32,000 bases of DNA from NCBI GenBank assembly GCA_964539605.1, contig CAZIJK010000001.1, forward strand, positions 1,106,729-1,138,728, in the 5' to 3' direction. The DNA comes from an uncultured Melioribacter sp. (GTDB lineage Bacteria > Bacteroidota > Ignavibacteria > Ignavibacteriales > Melioribacteraceae). Every line of letters begins with the position of its first letter. Positions within the stretch are counted from its first letter, which is position 1. Made by a program: the position numbers and the translations under genes. Positions 1 to 8,684 of the stretch are shown in pieces. The notes under the pieces were generated by a model. The model searched no databases. It had not been told where the DNA came from and saw nothing but the letters and a program-made list of their open reading frames with translations.

Positions 1-1
1 A

Positions 2-1060
2 GCGGGCAACGGATATAATTTTTACGAATGCTACCTGTGGCTAAAAAATAGAGATAATTCCAGACCGGTTCAATACGAAAGAGCAATTGTAGATTACCGT
101 TTTAATATGGAGTGGAATTCCGACATTATTCCTCCAATGTATCCTAGTCCGGCAGATCTAGTTTCCTATTCCGATAAGAGTAAAGAACACATTAAGCCAT
201 TAATAATGTGTGAATATGCTCATGCAATGGGCAACTCCATGGGAAGCTTTAAAGATTATTGGGATATCATCCGCAGCAATCAGCCAATACTCCAAGGGGG
301 ATTTATTTGGGATATGATTGATCAGGCTCTTTATAAGGTAAACTCTAGCGGCGATACCATTTATGCTTACGGAGGGGATTACGGTCCTGCCAATGTTCCA
401 AGCGATAGAAATTTTATGTGCAACGGGGTTTTTCATCCAAATAGAATTGCCAATCCTCACGCATACGAAATGAAAAAAGTCTATCAGAATATTTTAACAA
501 AGCTTACTAACACTAAACCTTCTATAGAAGTTTTTAACGAATTCTTTTTTAAAACTATTGATAATGTAAAACTGGTTTGGTCTTTAATTGTAAATGGAAA
601 AGTAACCGATAAGGGAATAGTAGAGAATTTGGATATTCTGCCAAGACAAAAAAAACAATTTGATATTCCAGTTGAAATTCCAAATGGCAATAACCAGGAA
701 GTATTTTTGAATATAAGTTATCAGCTAAAAAATGATGAACCTTTATTGCCCACCGGATTTGAAATTGCATCTGAGCAGTTAAGCATAATGGGCACCTATA
801 CAAACAATTTAGCTTTAGAAGCAGCCGGCCAAATTAGTATTGCCGAAAATGATAATGGAATTGAACTGGCTTCTTCAAAAATGAAAATAGTGTTTAACCG
901 TAAAAGCGGTTTAATAGAAAAATATGAAATTGGTAAAAATTCAATTCTAGAACCGGGATATACAATTAAACCAAATTTCTGGCGCGTTCCAACAGATAAC
1001 GATTACGGCGCCAATTTGCCTGTTAAGCTAAAAGCCTGGAGAGAGGCTTCCTCCTTTTAG
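2..1060 (+). CDS. beta-galactosidase (GH2) fragment; 5' end lies outside the window and it ends at an in-frame TAG (probable pseudogene, part 1)
   Basis: Frame 2 is open from nt 2, upstream of the ORF-track Met at 107. The translation 'AGNGYNFYECYLWLKNRDNSRPVQYE', 'PLIMCEYAHAMGN' (nucleophile-Glu motif), 'QGGFIWDMIDQ' and 'NFWRVPTDNDYG' is colinear with the intact GH2 copy at 13955..17128. TAG at 1058..1060. Confidence 0.85.
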   Translation, partial: AGNGYNFYECYLWLKNRDNSRPVQYERAIVDYRFNMEWNSDIIPPMYPSPADLVSYSDKSKEHIKPLIMCEYAHAMGNSMGSFKDYWDIIRSNQPILQGGFIWDMIDQALYKVNSSGDTIYAYGGDYGPANVPSDRNFMCNGVFHPNRIANPHAYEMKKVYQNILTKLTNTKPSIEVFNEFFFKTIDNVKLVWSLIVNGKVTDKGIVENLDILPRQKKQFDIPVEIPNGNNQEVFLNISYQLKNDEPLLPTGFEIASEQLSIMGTYTNNLALEAAGQISIAENDNGIELASSKMKIVFNRKSGLIEKYEIGKNSILEPGYTIKPNFWRVPTDNDYGANLPVKLKAWREASSF

Positions 1061-1087
1061 GAACTTGTTACCATAAAAACCGAAGAG

Positions 1088-1750
1088 ATGATTAAAGGAA
1101 AAGTAAAAATTAGTACAGTTCATTATCTTGGCAAAAAACTGGATGCGAATGTTTTTACGGATTACATTATTAACGGCAATGGAGAGCTTGAAATTTTTGA
1201 GCAGTTAAAAGTAAACAAAGCAATTGCTAAGACTAAAAAAGATGAGGAAACTGCAGATGGAAATTTGAGCATGCCTAAATTTGGAATGCAAATGGTACTG
1301 CCAAAAATATTCAAAGAAATTCAATTCTACGGAAGAGGCCCGGTTGAAAATTATATTGATAGAAACTACGCATCTCATGTTGGAATATATTCGCAATCAG
1401 TAGACAAACAGTGCTTCGATTATATTAGGCCGCAAGAGACCGGTAATAAAACCGATGTTAGATGGTACAAGATATTTGCTAAAGATGGACTTGGAATTAA
1501 AATAGAATCCGACACCCTAATGAGCATTACAGCGCGCAAATTTTTAGATAACGATTTGGATGAGGGGGATAAAAAAAACCAGGCGCACACCCGTGAAATT
1601 AAACCAAGAGATTTCTCGGTTCTATCTATTGATTATAAGCAGATGGGAGTTGGTGGAATAGACAGCTGGGGGGAATGGCCATTGGAAAAATATAGACTGC
1701 CCTATGGCAATTACAGTTTTCGATTTAAGATTACTCCCATTTTTAATTAG
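1088..1750 (+). CDS. beta-galactosidase C-terminal (small-chain / Bgal_small_N-type) domain fragment, same frame as the upstream fragment (probable pseudogene, part 2)
   Basis: Same reading frame as 2..1060. Only the TAG plus 9 sense codons separate the two ORFs. 'PKFGMQMVLP', 'YGRGPVENYIDR', 'IRPQETGNKTDVRW' and 'DYKQMGVGGIDSWG' match 'PRFGMQIKL', '[11 protein letters not shown]', '[14 protein letters not shown]' and '[14 protein letters not shown]' of the intact copy. Confidence 0.8.
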   Translation: MIKGKVKISTVHYLGKKLDANVFTDYIINGNGELEIFEQLKVNKAIAKTKKDEETADGNLSMPKFGMQMVLPKIFKEIQFYGRGPVENYIDRNYASHVGIYSQSVDKQCFDYIRPQETGNKTDVRWYKIFAKDGLGIKIESDTLMSITARKFLDNDLDEGDKKNQAHTREIKPRDFSVLSIDYKQMGVGGIDSWGEWPLEKYRLPYGNYSFRFKITPIFN

Positions 1751-1904
1751 TGATTACTGGTGAGCATTAAATAGCTCTTAGAAGAAAAATAAGCTAGCTG
1801 CAGGTTAATTGGGAATGCTGAAGTAATTATAAAAACTTCACATTCCTATTAAACTTTATGGCTAAAAAATGCATCTAAGTAATGCACTTTAACTTGGGTA
1901 AATA

Positions 1905-4748
1905 ATGTACAAATATGCTTTTGCTATTTTGCTTCTTTTTTCACAATTGCAATTCTCCCAATCGAATAAGCTTTTTGGAACGGTGGCAGATTCTGTTACC
2001 CGTCAGGGATTATTTGGAGCTAGTGTAACAATATCAACTGTTAACAATGTTTTTGTAAAGGGAATGGCAACAGATTCCAAAGGAAAATTTCTTTTCGAAA
2101 GCGTTCTAGCCGGTAAGTATATTCTTAAAGTGAGCAATGTTGGTTACAAAACTTTTAGCTTAAGATTCGAGATGAAAAATGTTCCGGTGGATTTAAAAGT
2201 AATAAGGCTTTCACCCAACGACGTTAAGCTTGGAGAAGTTCAGGTAATTGAAAAACCTCCATTGGTAATTATTAATAAAGACACTACAGAATTTATTGCA
2301 GACGCAATTCAAACAAATAAAGATGCCAATGCCGAAGATTTAGTTTCTAAAATGCCCGGCGTTTTAGTTCAGGATGGTAAGGTACAAGCCCACGGTGAAG
2401 ATGTAAAAAATGTTCTAGTTGATGGTAAACCTTTTTTTGGTGACGATCCTACCAGTGTATTAAAAAATATTCCTGCCGAAATTATTGAAAGAATTCAAGT
2501 GTTCGATAAACAAAGCGAGCAAGCGGAGTTTACCGGATTTGATGATGGCAATACAAACAAAACCATTAACATTATTACCCGAATGAATTTTAGGAATGGA
2601 ACATTTGGAAAGTTTGCCGGCGGATATGGAGATCAAAGTAAATATGCCAGCGGGGGCAATATCAATTTTTTTAACGATAAACAAAAAATTACTCTGCTGG
2701 GACAATTTAATAATACAAACGAACAGAATTTTGCAAGTGAAGATCTTCTTGGAATTATGAGCGGAAGCGGTGGAAATAGACAGGGGGGAGGAAATGTAAG
2801 AAGACCCGGCGGTGGAGGGGGCGGCGGTGGAGGAAGACCACCCGGAGGTATGGAAGGTGGGGGCGGCGGTGGTGGAAGAGGTGGCGGAGGAAGTGACGCC
2901 AGCGATTTTTTAGTAACTGCTAAAAACGGATTGACAAATACAAAGGCAGCGGGTTTAAACTATGCCGATTCGTGGAACAGAAGGGATGAAATTAACGCAA
3001 GCTATTTTTTCAACAATACAGATAACAACAGCTACTCGGTTTTAAATAGAGACTACTTTACAAACATTGCTGCAAATCAAAAATATTCCGAAGATAACAG
3101 AGCCAATTCCCAAAATACAAATCACCGTTTTAATGCAAGACTCAATTACCAGATCGATACTCTCAATTCAATTTTGATTTCTCCAAAACTAACAATTCAA
3201 AAGAATGATGGAATTAGTAATATTAAGGGAGGTACTTATTTCGGCTCGTCCAATCTAAATTCCACAGATAATTCTTACACAACAAATCTTATAGCCGTTA
3301 ATGCATCTACACAGTTGCTATACCGAAGAAGATTTGAAGCTCGAGGTAGAACAATATCTGTTAGGTTAAATGCTACTTATAATTCAAGCCAGGGAGATAA
3401 GCGCTTATATTCCGAAAATTTATATTTCGATGGACTTACCCATTCCGATACTGTAAATCAAAATTCGAACTTAGATAAAAAAGGATATGGGTTATCTACC
3501 AATTTATCTTACACCGAACCCTTAACAGAAAATGGAATGCTTCAGTTTAACGCTTCTTATTCATTTGCTACGGATGAAAGTGATCAGAAAACTTACTCCT
3601 ACTTAAATTCTCAAAATAACTATTCGGTGTTGGAAAACAGTTTAAGCAACGTTTACGATAAAATTTCCAAGGTTCAAAATTACGGAATTAGTTATAATTA
3701 CAGATATAACGAAATGATGATTAATGCCGGACTAAGCTACAATATATCCAAACTATCAAATCAGCAAACATTTCCTCTAACAAGTAATACAGCTAAAAAC
3801 TTTTATTCTATTTTGCCCTCTGCCATGGTTCGCTACAGCATAGATAAGGGGCAGAATTTAATGTTTAACTACCGGGTTAATAACAACGAGCCTTCTGTAG
3901 ATCAGCTTCAGAATGTTCTCGACAACACAAATTCCCTTCAATTAAGTATTGGAAATCCTAATCTTGCTCAAGATACAAGGCATAACCTTTCTTTAAGGTA
4001 CACTTTAACAGATAGCGAAAGTATGAGCGCTTTTTTTATACTTCTTAACAGCACATTTACAAATAACTATATAGGCTCTAAAACAATAATTGCAGATGTT
4101 AAGGCAGTTACATATAAAGGCATTGTACTTAATCCGGGAACACAATTAAGAACCCCCGAAAATTTTGACGGTTATTACAATTTACGCACCATGCTTACAT
4201 ATACATTCCCAATTGGATTTTTATCATCAAACATGAATTTGAATTTAAATGGGGGACTAACTAAAACTCCAGGAATGATAAACGAAATTTCAAACGATTC
4301 AAAAAATTTGCAGGCTGGCCTAGGGTTTGTATTAAACAGCAACATTAGCAAGAACTTAGATTTTTCTATCTCCAGTACGGTAACTTCAAATAATGTTACA
4401 AACTCTTCTCTGGCCAGTTTAGACCAGACTTACTTAAATTACCGCAGCCGTATTAAATTTTACGCATTGTTTTGGGAGGGGATAGTTCTTCAAACAGATT
4501 TTGAGCATAGATATCAGGGAGGACTTGGAACATCTTACGATCCAAATTCATACTTGTGGAATTTTAGCGTTGGCAAAAAAATGTTTAAAGACGATACGGG
4601 GGAATTACGATTAACATTTTACGATATAATGAATAAGAGTAACAATACAACAAGAAGCAGTACAGATTATTATATGGAGGATAGCCGTACAAATGTAATT
4701 GGAAGTTACATTATGCTTTCGTTTGTATATAATTTAAAAACATTTTAA
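1905..4748 (+). CDS. outer-membrane beta-barrel protein, TonB-dependent-receptor-like (CarboxypepD_reg N-domain + plug-like region + Gly/Arg-rich insert + large barrel)
   Basis: Signal peptide 'MYKYAFAILLLFSQLQFSQS'. 'LFGTVADSVTRQGLFGASVTIS...GKYILKVSNVGYKT' is a CarboxypepD_reg-like fold motif. 'EDLVSKMPGVLVQDGKVQAHGEDVKNVLVDGKPFFG' is plug-like. The long C-terminal part is rich in N/S/T/Y with alternating hydrophobics and ends in an aromatic residue ('NLKTF'). It resembles the Bacteroidota OMP_b-brl_3 type family. Confidence 0.75.
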   Translation: MYKYAFAILLLFSQLQFSQSNKLFGTVADSVTRQGLFGASVTISTVNNVFVKGMATDSKGKFLFESVLAGKYILKVSNVGYKTFSLRFEMKNVPVDLKVIRLSPNDVKLGEVQVIEKPPLVIINKDTTEFIADAIQTNKDANAEDLVSKMPGVLVQDGKVQAHGEDVKNVLVDGKPFFGDDPTSVLKNIPAEIIERIQVFDKQSEQAEFTGFDDGNTNKTINIITRMNFRNGTFGKFAGGYGDQSKYASGGNINFFNDKQKITLLGQFNNTNEQNFASEDLLGIMSGSGGNRQGGGNVRRPGGGGGGGGGRPPGGMEGGGGGGGRGGGGSDASDFLVTAKNGLTNTKAAGLNYADSWNRRDEINASYFFNNTDNNSYSVLNRDYFTNIAANQKYSEDNRANSQNTNHRFNARLNYQIDTLNSILISPKLTIQKNDGISNIKGGTYFGSSNLNSTDNSYTTNLIAVNASTQLLYRRRFEARGRTISVRLNATYNSSQGDKRLYSENLYFDGLTHSDTVNQNSNLDKKGYGLSTNLSYTEPLTENGMLQFNASYSFATDESDQKTYSYLNSQNNYSVLENSLSNVYDKISKVQNYGISYNYRYNEMMINAGLSYNISKLSNQQTFPLTSNTAKNFYSILPSAMVRYSIDKGQNLMFNYRVNNNEPSVDQLQNVLDNTNSLQLSIGNPNLAQDTRHNLSLRYTLTDSESMSAFFILLNSTFTNNYIGSKTIIADVKAVTYKGIVLNPGTQLRTPENFDGYYNLRTMLTYTFPIGFLSSNMNLNLNGGLTKTPGMINEISNDSKNLQAGLGFVLNSNISKNLDFSISSTVTSNNVTNSSLASLDQTYLNYRSRIKFYALFWEGIVLQTDFEHRYQGGLGTSYDPNSYLWNFSVGKKMFKDDTGELRLTFYDIMNKSNNTTRSSTDYYMEDSRTNVIGSYIMLSFVYNLKTF

Positions 4749-4999
4749 AAATTCTATGAGCGGTTGTTCTATGGTTATTGATCTTTGAATAAACTCAAAG
4801 CTTTTTTGCCATATATAAAACCCGCTTACTCCAATATTTTACCTTTCGCAACTTTAATTTGGCTTTTAGTATTTATTTGTGCCATTTTAAAACCGAAAAG
4901 TGATTCAGACCACAGTTGTAATACTATTATAGAATTTATTATTAGATATCTTTGTTTTAACGGATATAAAAGTAAAAGATTTTTTTATTTGGAGAAACG

Positions 5000-5827
5000 A
5001 TGAGTAAAGAAGATACAACCAGGAAAGAAATTATTATCGATGGGTCGAAAATTGTTTACAGCCAAACCGGAGAAGGGGAAATAATTATTTTACTACATGG
5101 CATTACAACATATTCCTTTATCTGGAAAAACATTATTCCTAGTTTGGCCAAGCATTATAATGTTATTGCGCTGGATTTGTTAGGATGCGGCGAATCGGAT
5201 AAGCCATTAAACAAAAGTTATTCATTAGCCAGTCATGCCCAGTTAATCTATAAATTTGTTACGCAGCTGGGAATAACAAAATTTCATCTTGTTGGTCACG
5301 ATCTTGGAGGAGGAATAGCTCAAATTTTTGCGGTTAAATATCCACAATTGCTTATTGATTTTACACTTATAAATTCTGTGGCTTACGATTTTTGGCCGGT
5401 TCAGCCAATAATTGCAATGCGCACTCCAATAATTAGGCAGTTTGCAATGGCCACGCTGGATTTTGGTATATTTAAACTGATAGTTAAACGTGGGGTCTTT
5501 AATAAAGAAAGAGTAGATGATGAAGTGATGGAATATTTTTGGAAGCCGATGAAAACTCCCGAAGGTAGAAAAGGTTTTCTTCACTTTGCCGAATGTCTGA
5601 ATAATAAAAATCTTACAGATATCTCCGAAGAGCTTCATAATACTGAATTGCCTTTGCTTGTAATTAGAGGAGACTGCGATGTTTACCTAAGCACTCAAAT
5701 TGCTTCAAGTCTCCATGGCAATATTCCACGCAGTAAGCTGGTTATAATTCCTAATGCCGGTCACTTTATTCAAATAGACGAGCCGCAACTTGTGGCAAAC
5801 AATCTAATAGAATTTTATAAGAACTGA
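5000..5827 (+). CDS. alpha/beta-fold hydrolase with Asp nucleophile elbow (epoxide hydrolase / dehalogenase-like subgroup)
   Basis: 'LLHGITTYSFIW' (HG oxyanion motif), 'LVGHDLGGGIA' (Sm-x-Nu-x-Sm-Sm elbow with Asp), 'IRGDCDVY' (acid) and 'NAGHFIQIDEP' (catalytic His). GGAG lies 6 nt upstream of the ATG. Confidence 0.85.
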   Translation: MSKEDTTRKEIIIDGSKIVYSQTGEGEIIILLHGITTYSFIWKNIIPSLAKHYNVIALDLLGCGESDKPLNKSYSLASHAQLIYKFVTQLGITKFHLVGHDLGGGIAQIFAVKYPQLLIDFTLINSVAYDFWPVQPIIAMRTPIIRQFAMATLDFGIFKLIVKRGVFNKERVDDEVMEYFWKPMKTPEGRKGFLHFAECLNNKNLTDISEELHNTELPLLVIRGDCDVYLSTQIASSLHGNIPRSKLVIIPNAGHFIQIDEPQLVANNLIEFYKN

Positions 5828-5831
5828 TAAA

Positions 5832-8552
5832 ATGATTGAAGGTAACGACATAAATGCATTGTTAGCTAAGATTCAAATTCTTGAAGAGGAGAATGAAGCC
5901 CTCTCTCAAAATTCCGAGGATCTTCTTTTAATTAATACTCTTCTGGACGAAATTACAAAACCTATTTCGCAGGAGTCTTTGTTTCAAAGTGTGCTCGAAA
6001 AAATTTCTATTTTAAAAAATATTCCTCTCTGCGCATTCTTTTCTGAAACAGATAATGGATTGAGGCTCGAGGCATATTATGCTTTGTTCGATATTAATTC
6101 CAATTCAAAAATTATTATTAATCTACTGCCAGATTCTGCTGGACTGATTAACAGCGACCCGGTTTTTCTAAATAAGCAAAATATTAATTCTGTAATGCAG
6201 CAGTTATCTGTTAATAAAGAAGATTTTGATTGCACCGAAATTCTTTTAATTCCCTTTACATCACTAATGATTGAAAATGGAGTTCTATTCCTTGCAGATA
6301 AAGATCCTTCGGGCAACAGATTAAGCAAGAATATTACCTTTGTTACCTATGTGCTTAAAAGAATAACCGAACGATTCAATTCTCTTTTTTATCAGGGGGA
6401 ACTCGAAAAAATAAATTACGAACTTGAGGGAAGAGTAATTGAAAGAGCCAACGAATTATTCGAACTGAATAAACAGCTTAGATTGGAAATAGAAGAAAGA
6501 AGGAGTAAAGAACTAAAGCTTAATCAGCAGACCGAAGAATTATTTTTCTTAAACCGTTTTGTGGAAATAATAAGATTTGCAAATTCTGTAGATATTATTT
6601 GCAAGACAGCACTCGATTATTTAATTGACCATTTAAAGTTGGATATAGCATTTATTTTTATAAAAAATGGAGATTTGCTGGAGCTGATGCATGTAAGCGC
6701 TAAAGAGCAAATTAGGGAGTTGATAAATATTCCGGTGCATAAAGTTGGGGAGTGCATGTGCGGAATGGCTGTTGCGCAAAATAGAAGCCTCTTTTCGAAA
6801 AACATTTTTGAGGATGAAAGATGTACTTGGGAAGAGTGCAAGAAGTCTGGATTCAAATCTTTTGCCTCCCTTCCATTGCATAACGATACAGAAGTTATTG
6901 GTGTTCTTGGAATTTCATCTTTTGAAGAAACCGATTTTGAATTGCAGAGTCAATTTTTGGAAACAATTGCTTCTGAATTATCTCTGGCATTTGTACACGC
7001 AGATACCCACCAAAAAATTATTGCGGCCGAAGAGAAAATGAGAGTGATTGTAGAAGGAACCCCTCATCTTTTCTTTTATACTCAAGATAAAAATGCGCTT
7101 GTAAATTATGTCTCTCCAACAGTAGAAATTATAACCGGCCACACAGTGGAAGACTGGCTAAACCAGAAGCATTGGTTCATTACAGATAGCCAAATAAACG
7201 AGATTGCTAAAGAGAGAACTCTGCAAAATTTGGAAGGAAAGGTTAATACAGAACCTATTATTGTTGAAATTTTACATGCAAACGGTAATCCAATTTTACT
7301 GGAGGTTTTTGAATATCCTATTTACAAGTCCGGAACAATTATAGGTCTGCAGGGAGTAGCTCACGATATAACCGAGCGAAGAAGAGCCGAATTAGAAATA
7401 ATTAAAGCAAAAGAACATGCCGAAGAGATGAACCGTCTTAAAAGCAATTTTCTTGCAAATATGAGTCACGAACTTAGAACCCCTTTAGTTGGGTTATTAG
7501 GTTTTTCCGAAATTCTTAGTGGTGAGCTTTTAGGGGAACATAAATCTTTTGCGCAAAAAGTATACTCCAGTGGTAAAAGACTGCTTTATACACTCAACCG
7601 GTTGTTAAATTATTCCGAAGTTGAAAGCAACCAGGTCAAAATAAAATTACAAAACGTTGACGCGGTAAATGTTGTAAAAGAGTGTATAGATTCCAATAAA
7701 AATATGGCTTTGGAAAAGGGGCTTTATATCAATCATAATTTTAACGGAAGTAATTTAATTATAGAGACAGATGAACAATTGCTCTTTAGCATAATAGACA
7801 ATCTATTAAACAATGCAATTAAATATACGCTTGATGGCGGAGTAACAGTTGCACTTGAAGAAAAAGTGGATTCTGTAATTTTTACAGTTGAAGATACCGG
7901 AATTGGAATTCCCAAGGATAAGCATAAATTTATTTTTGAAGAGTTCCGCCAGTTAAGCGAGGGGATGGGACGCTTATTCGACGGTACTGGTTTGGGGTTA
8001 TCCATTGTAAAAAAATATACCGAGCTACTAAATGGTACTATTACACTCGAGAGTAAAATAAATAGTGGCTCAAAATTTAATGTCACAATTCCTAAAAATA
8101 GTATTGTCAAAAAAGAGCTTAAGCAAAAACAAATTAGTAAGGTAAACCGCAATAAGCTCGATTATTCAAATATTGCTAAAAAAATTCTAATTGTGGATGA
8201 TGAGCCGGTTAACCTGGATGTTATACGCTACTATTTATTAAAGCATTTTACAATCAATATTGCTTCATCGGCAGCAGACGCAATTTTGCAGTCCAATCAA
8301 ATTAAGTTCGATTTAATTCTGATGGATATTAATCTAAAACATGGCATGGATGGTCTTAAGGCCGCAAACGAAATTAGAAAGATAAAAGGCTATCAAAATA
8401 TTCCCATTGTGGCAATGACTGCCTATGCAATGGAAGGGGATAAAAAAGAATTTTTAAGCTCAGGGTGCACTCATTACCTGGCAAAGCCATTTTCAAAAAA
8501 TAGCTTACTTAACTTGTTGCACCAAATATTCAACGGTAATGGAACAAGCTAA
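5832..8552 (+). CDS. soluble hybrid sensor histidine kinase / response regulator (GAF-like, coiled coil, GAF, PAS, HisKA, HATPase_c, REC)
   Basis: H-box 'MSHELRTPL', N-box 'DNLLNNAIKYT', G1 'EDTGIGIP', G2 'GTGLGLSIVK'. Receiver: 'KILIVDDEPVN', 'DLILMDINL', 'AMTAY', 'LAKPF'. 'GVAHDITERRRAE' is a PAS C-terminal motif. No hydrophobic TM stretch. It starts 4 nt after the hydrolase stop. Confidence 0.9.
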   Translation: MIEGNDINALLAKIQILEEENEALSQNSEDLLLINTLLDEITKPISQESLFQSVLEKISILKNIPLCAFFSETDNGLRLEAYYALFDINSNSKIIINLLPDSAGLINSDPVFLNKQNINSVMQQLSVNKEDFDCTEILLIPFTSLMIENGVLFLADKDPSGNRLSKNITFVTYVLKRITERFNSLFYQGELEKINYELEGRVIERANELFELNKQLRLEIEERRSKELKLNQQTEELFFLNRFVEIIRFANSVDIICKTALDYLIDHLKLDIAFIFIKNGDLLELMHVSAKEQIRELINIPVHKVGECMCGMAVAQNRSLFSKNIFEDERCTWEECKKSGFKSFASLPLHNDTEVIGVLGISSFEETDFELQSQFLETIASELSLAFVHADTHQKIIAAEEKMRVIVEGTPHLFFYTQDKNALVNYVSPTVEIITGHTVEDWLNQKHWFITDSQINEIAKERTLQNLEGKVNTEPIIVEILHANGNPILLEVFEYPIYKSGTIIGLQGVAHDITERRRAELEIIKAKEHAEEMNRLKSNFLANMSHELRTPLVGLLGFSEILSGELLGEHKSFAQKVYSSGKRLLYTLNRLLNYSEVESNQVKIKLQNVDAVNVVKECIDSNKNMALEKGLYINHNFNGSNLIIETDEQLLFSIIDNLLNNAIKYTLDGGVTVALEEKVDSVIFTVEDTGIGIPKDKHKFIFEEFRQLSEGMGRLFDGTGLGLSIVKKYTELLNGTITLESKINSGSKFNVTIPKNSIVKKELKQKQISKVNRNKLDYSNIAKKILIVDDEPVNLDVIRYYLLKHFTINIASSAADAILQSNQIKFDLILMDINLKHGMDGLKAANEIRKIKGYQNIPIVAMTAYAMEGDKKEFLSSGCTHYLAKPFSKNSLLNLLHQIFNGNGTS

Positions 8553-8624
8553 AAAGTAATTTATATCTTATTTGTAATTTCTCTTAGAACTCACCAATAA
8601 TTATCTCTTCTGCCTATTTAAAAT

Positions 8625-8666
8625 TTGACTTAAATAGTGCAATAACATAAGTTGCAAACGTTTGCG
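8625..8666 (+). promoter_or_regulatory. candidate sigma70-like promoter (TTGACT-N17-TAAGTT) followed by a LacI/GalR-type palindromic operator, GCAAACGTTTGC at 8654..8665
   Basis: The perfect 12-bp palindrome with central CG at 8654..8665 (14-mer tGCAAACGTTTGCg) fits the TGnAAnCGnTTnCA operator pattern of LacI-family repressors. It lies 20 nt upstream of the LacI-family gene ATG at 8685. The -35 and -10 assignment is weak: TTGACT at 8625..8630 and TAAGTT at 8648..8653. Confidence 0.6.
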
Positions 8667-8684
8667 GGAACGTGTGTGCTAATT

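Noticed and set aside
200-803. Antisense or alternate-frame ORFs inside annotated genes: 200..460, 484..690 and 555..803 here, and the similar ones at 1205..1396, 2460..2705, 5243..5638, 6077..6328, 6617..7041, 7733..8152, 8868..9092, 12920..13362, 13734..13958, 14770..15367, 17815..18030, 22709..23776, 24026..24286, 24828..25056 and 26386..26700
   Set aside because: All lie within strongly supported genes on the other strand or frame. They have no motifs and have the F/I/K/N-rich composition expected from AT-rich antisense sequence.
1812-1846. Imperfect hairpin (GGAATGcTGAAGT / ACTTCACATTCC) downstream of the broken beta-galactosidase, considered as a possible terminator
   Set aside because: The stem has one bulge and is AT-rich, and no T-run follows. 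That is insufficient to call a terminator.
2760-2894. GC-rich GGN tract considered as a tandem DNA repeat, contingency locus or foreign insertion
   Set aside because: There is no exact repeating DNA unit because the Gly codons are mixed. The tract is in frame and flanked by continuous homologous-looking coding sequence. I kept it as a protein-level curiosity only.
4785-5003. 72-aa ORF in the 250-bp gap between the OM barrel gene and the hydrolase, overlapping the hydrolase ATG by ATGA
   Set aside because: It starts at TTG with no ribosome-binding site, has low-complexity AT-driven composition and no recognisable motif. The region is more plausibly the promoter/5' region of the hydrolase-kinase operon. 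I cannot fully exclude a small membrane peptide.
8652-8684. N-terminal extension of the LacI-family ORF from a TTG start, as listed in the ORF track
   Set aside because: The extension ('MQTFAGTCVLI') would be translated across the palindromic operator and precedes the canonical HTH start 'MKNTTITDIA'. ATG 8685 gives a typical LacI-family N-terminus.
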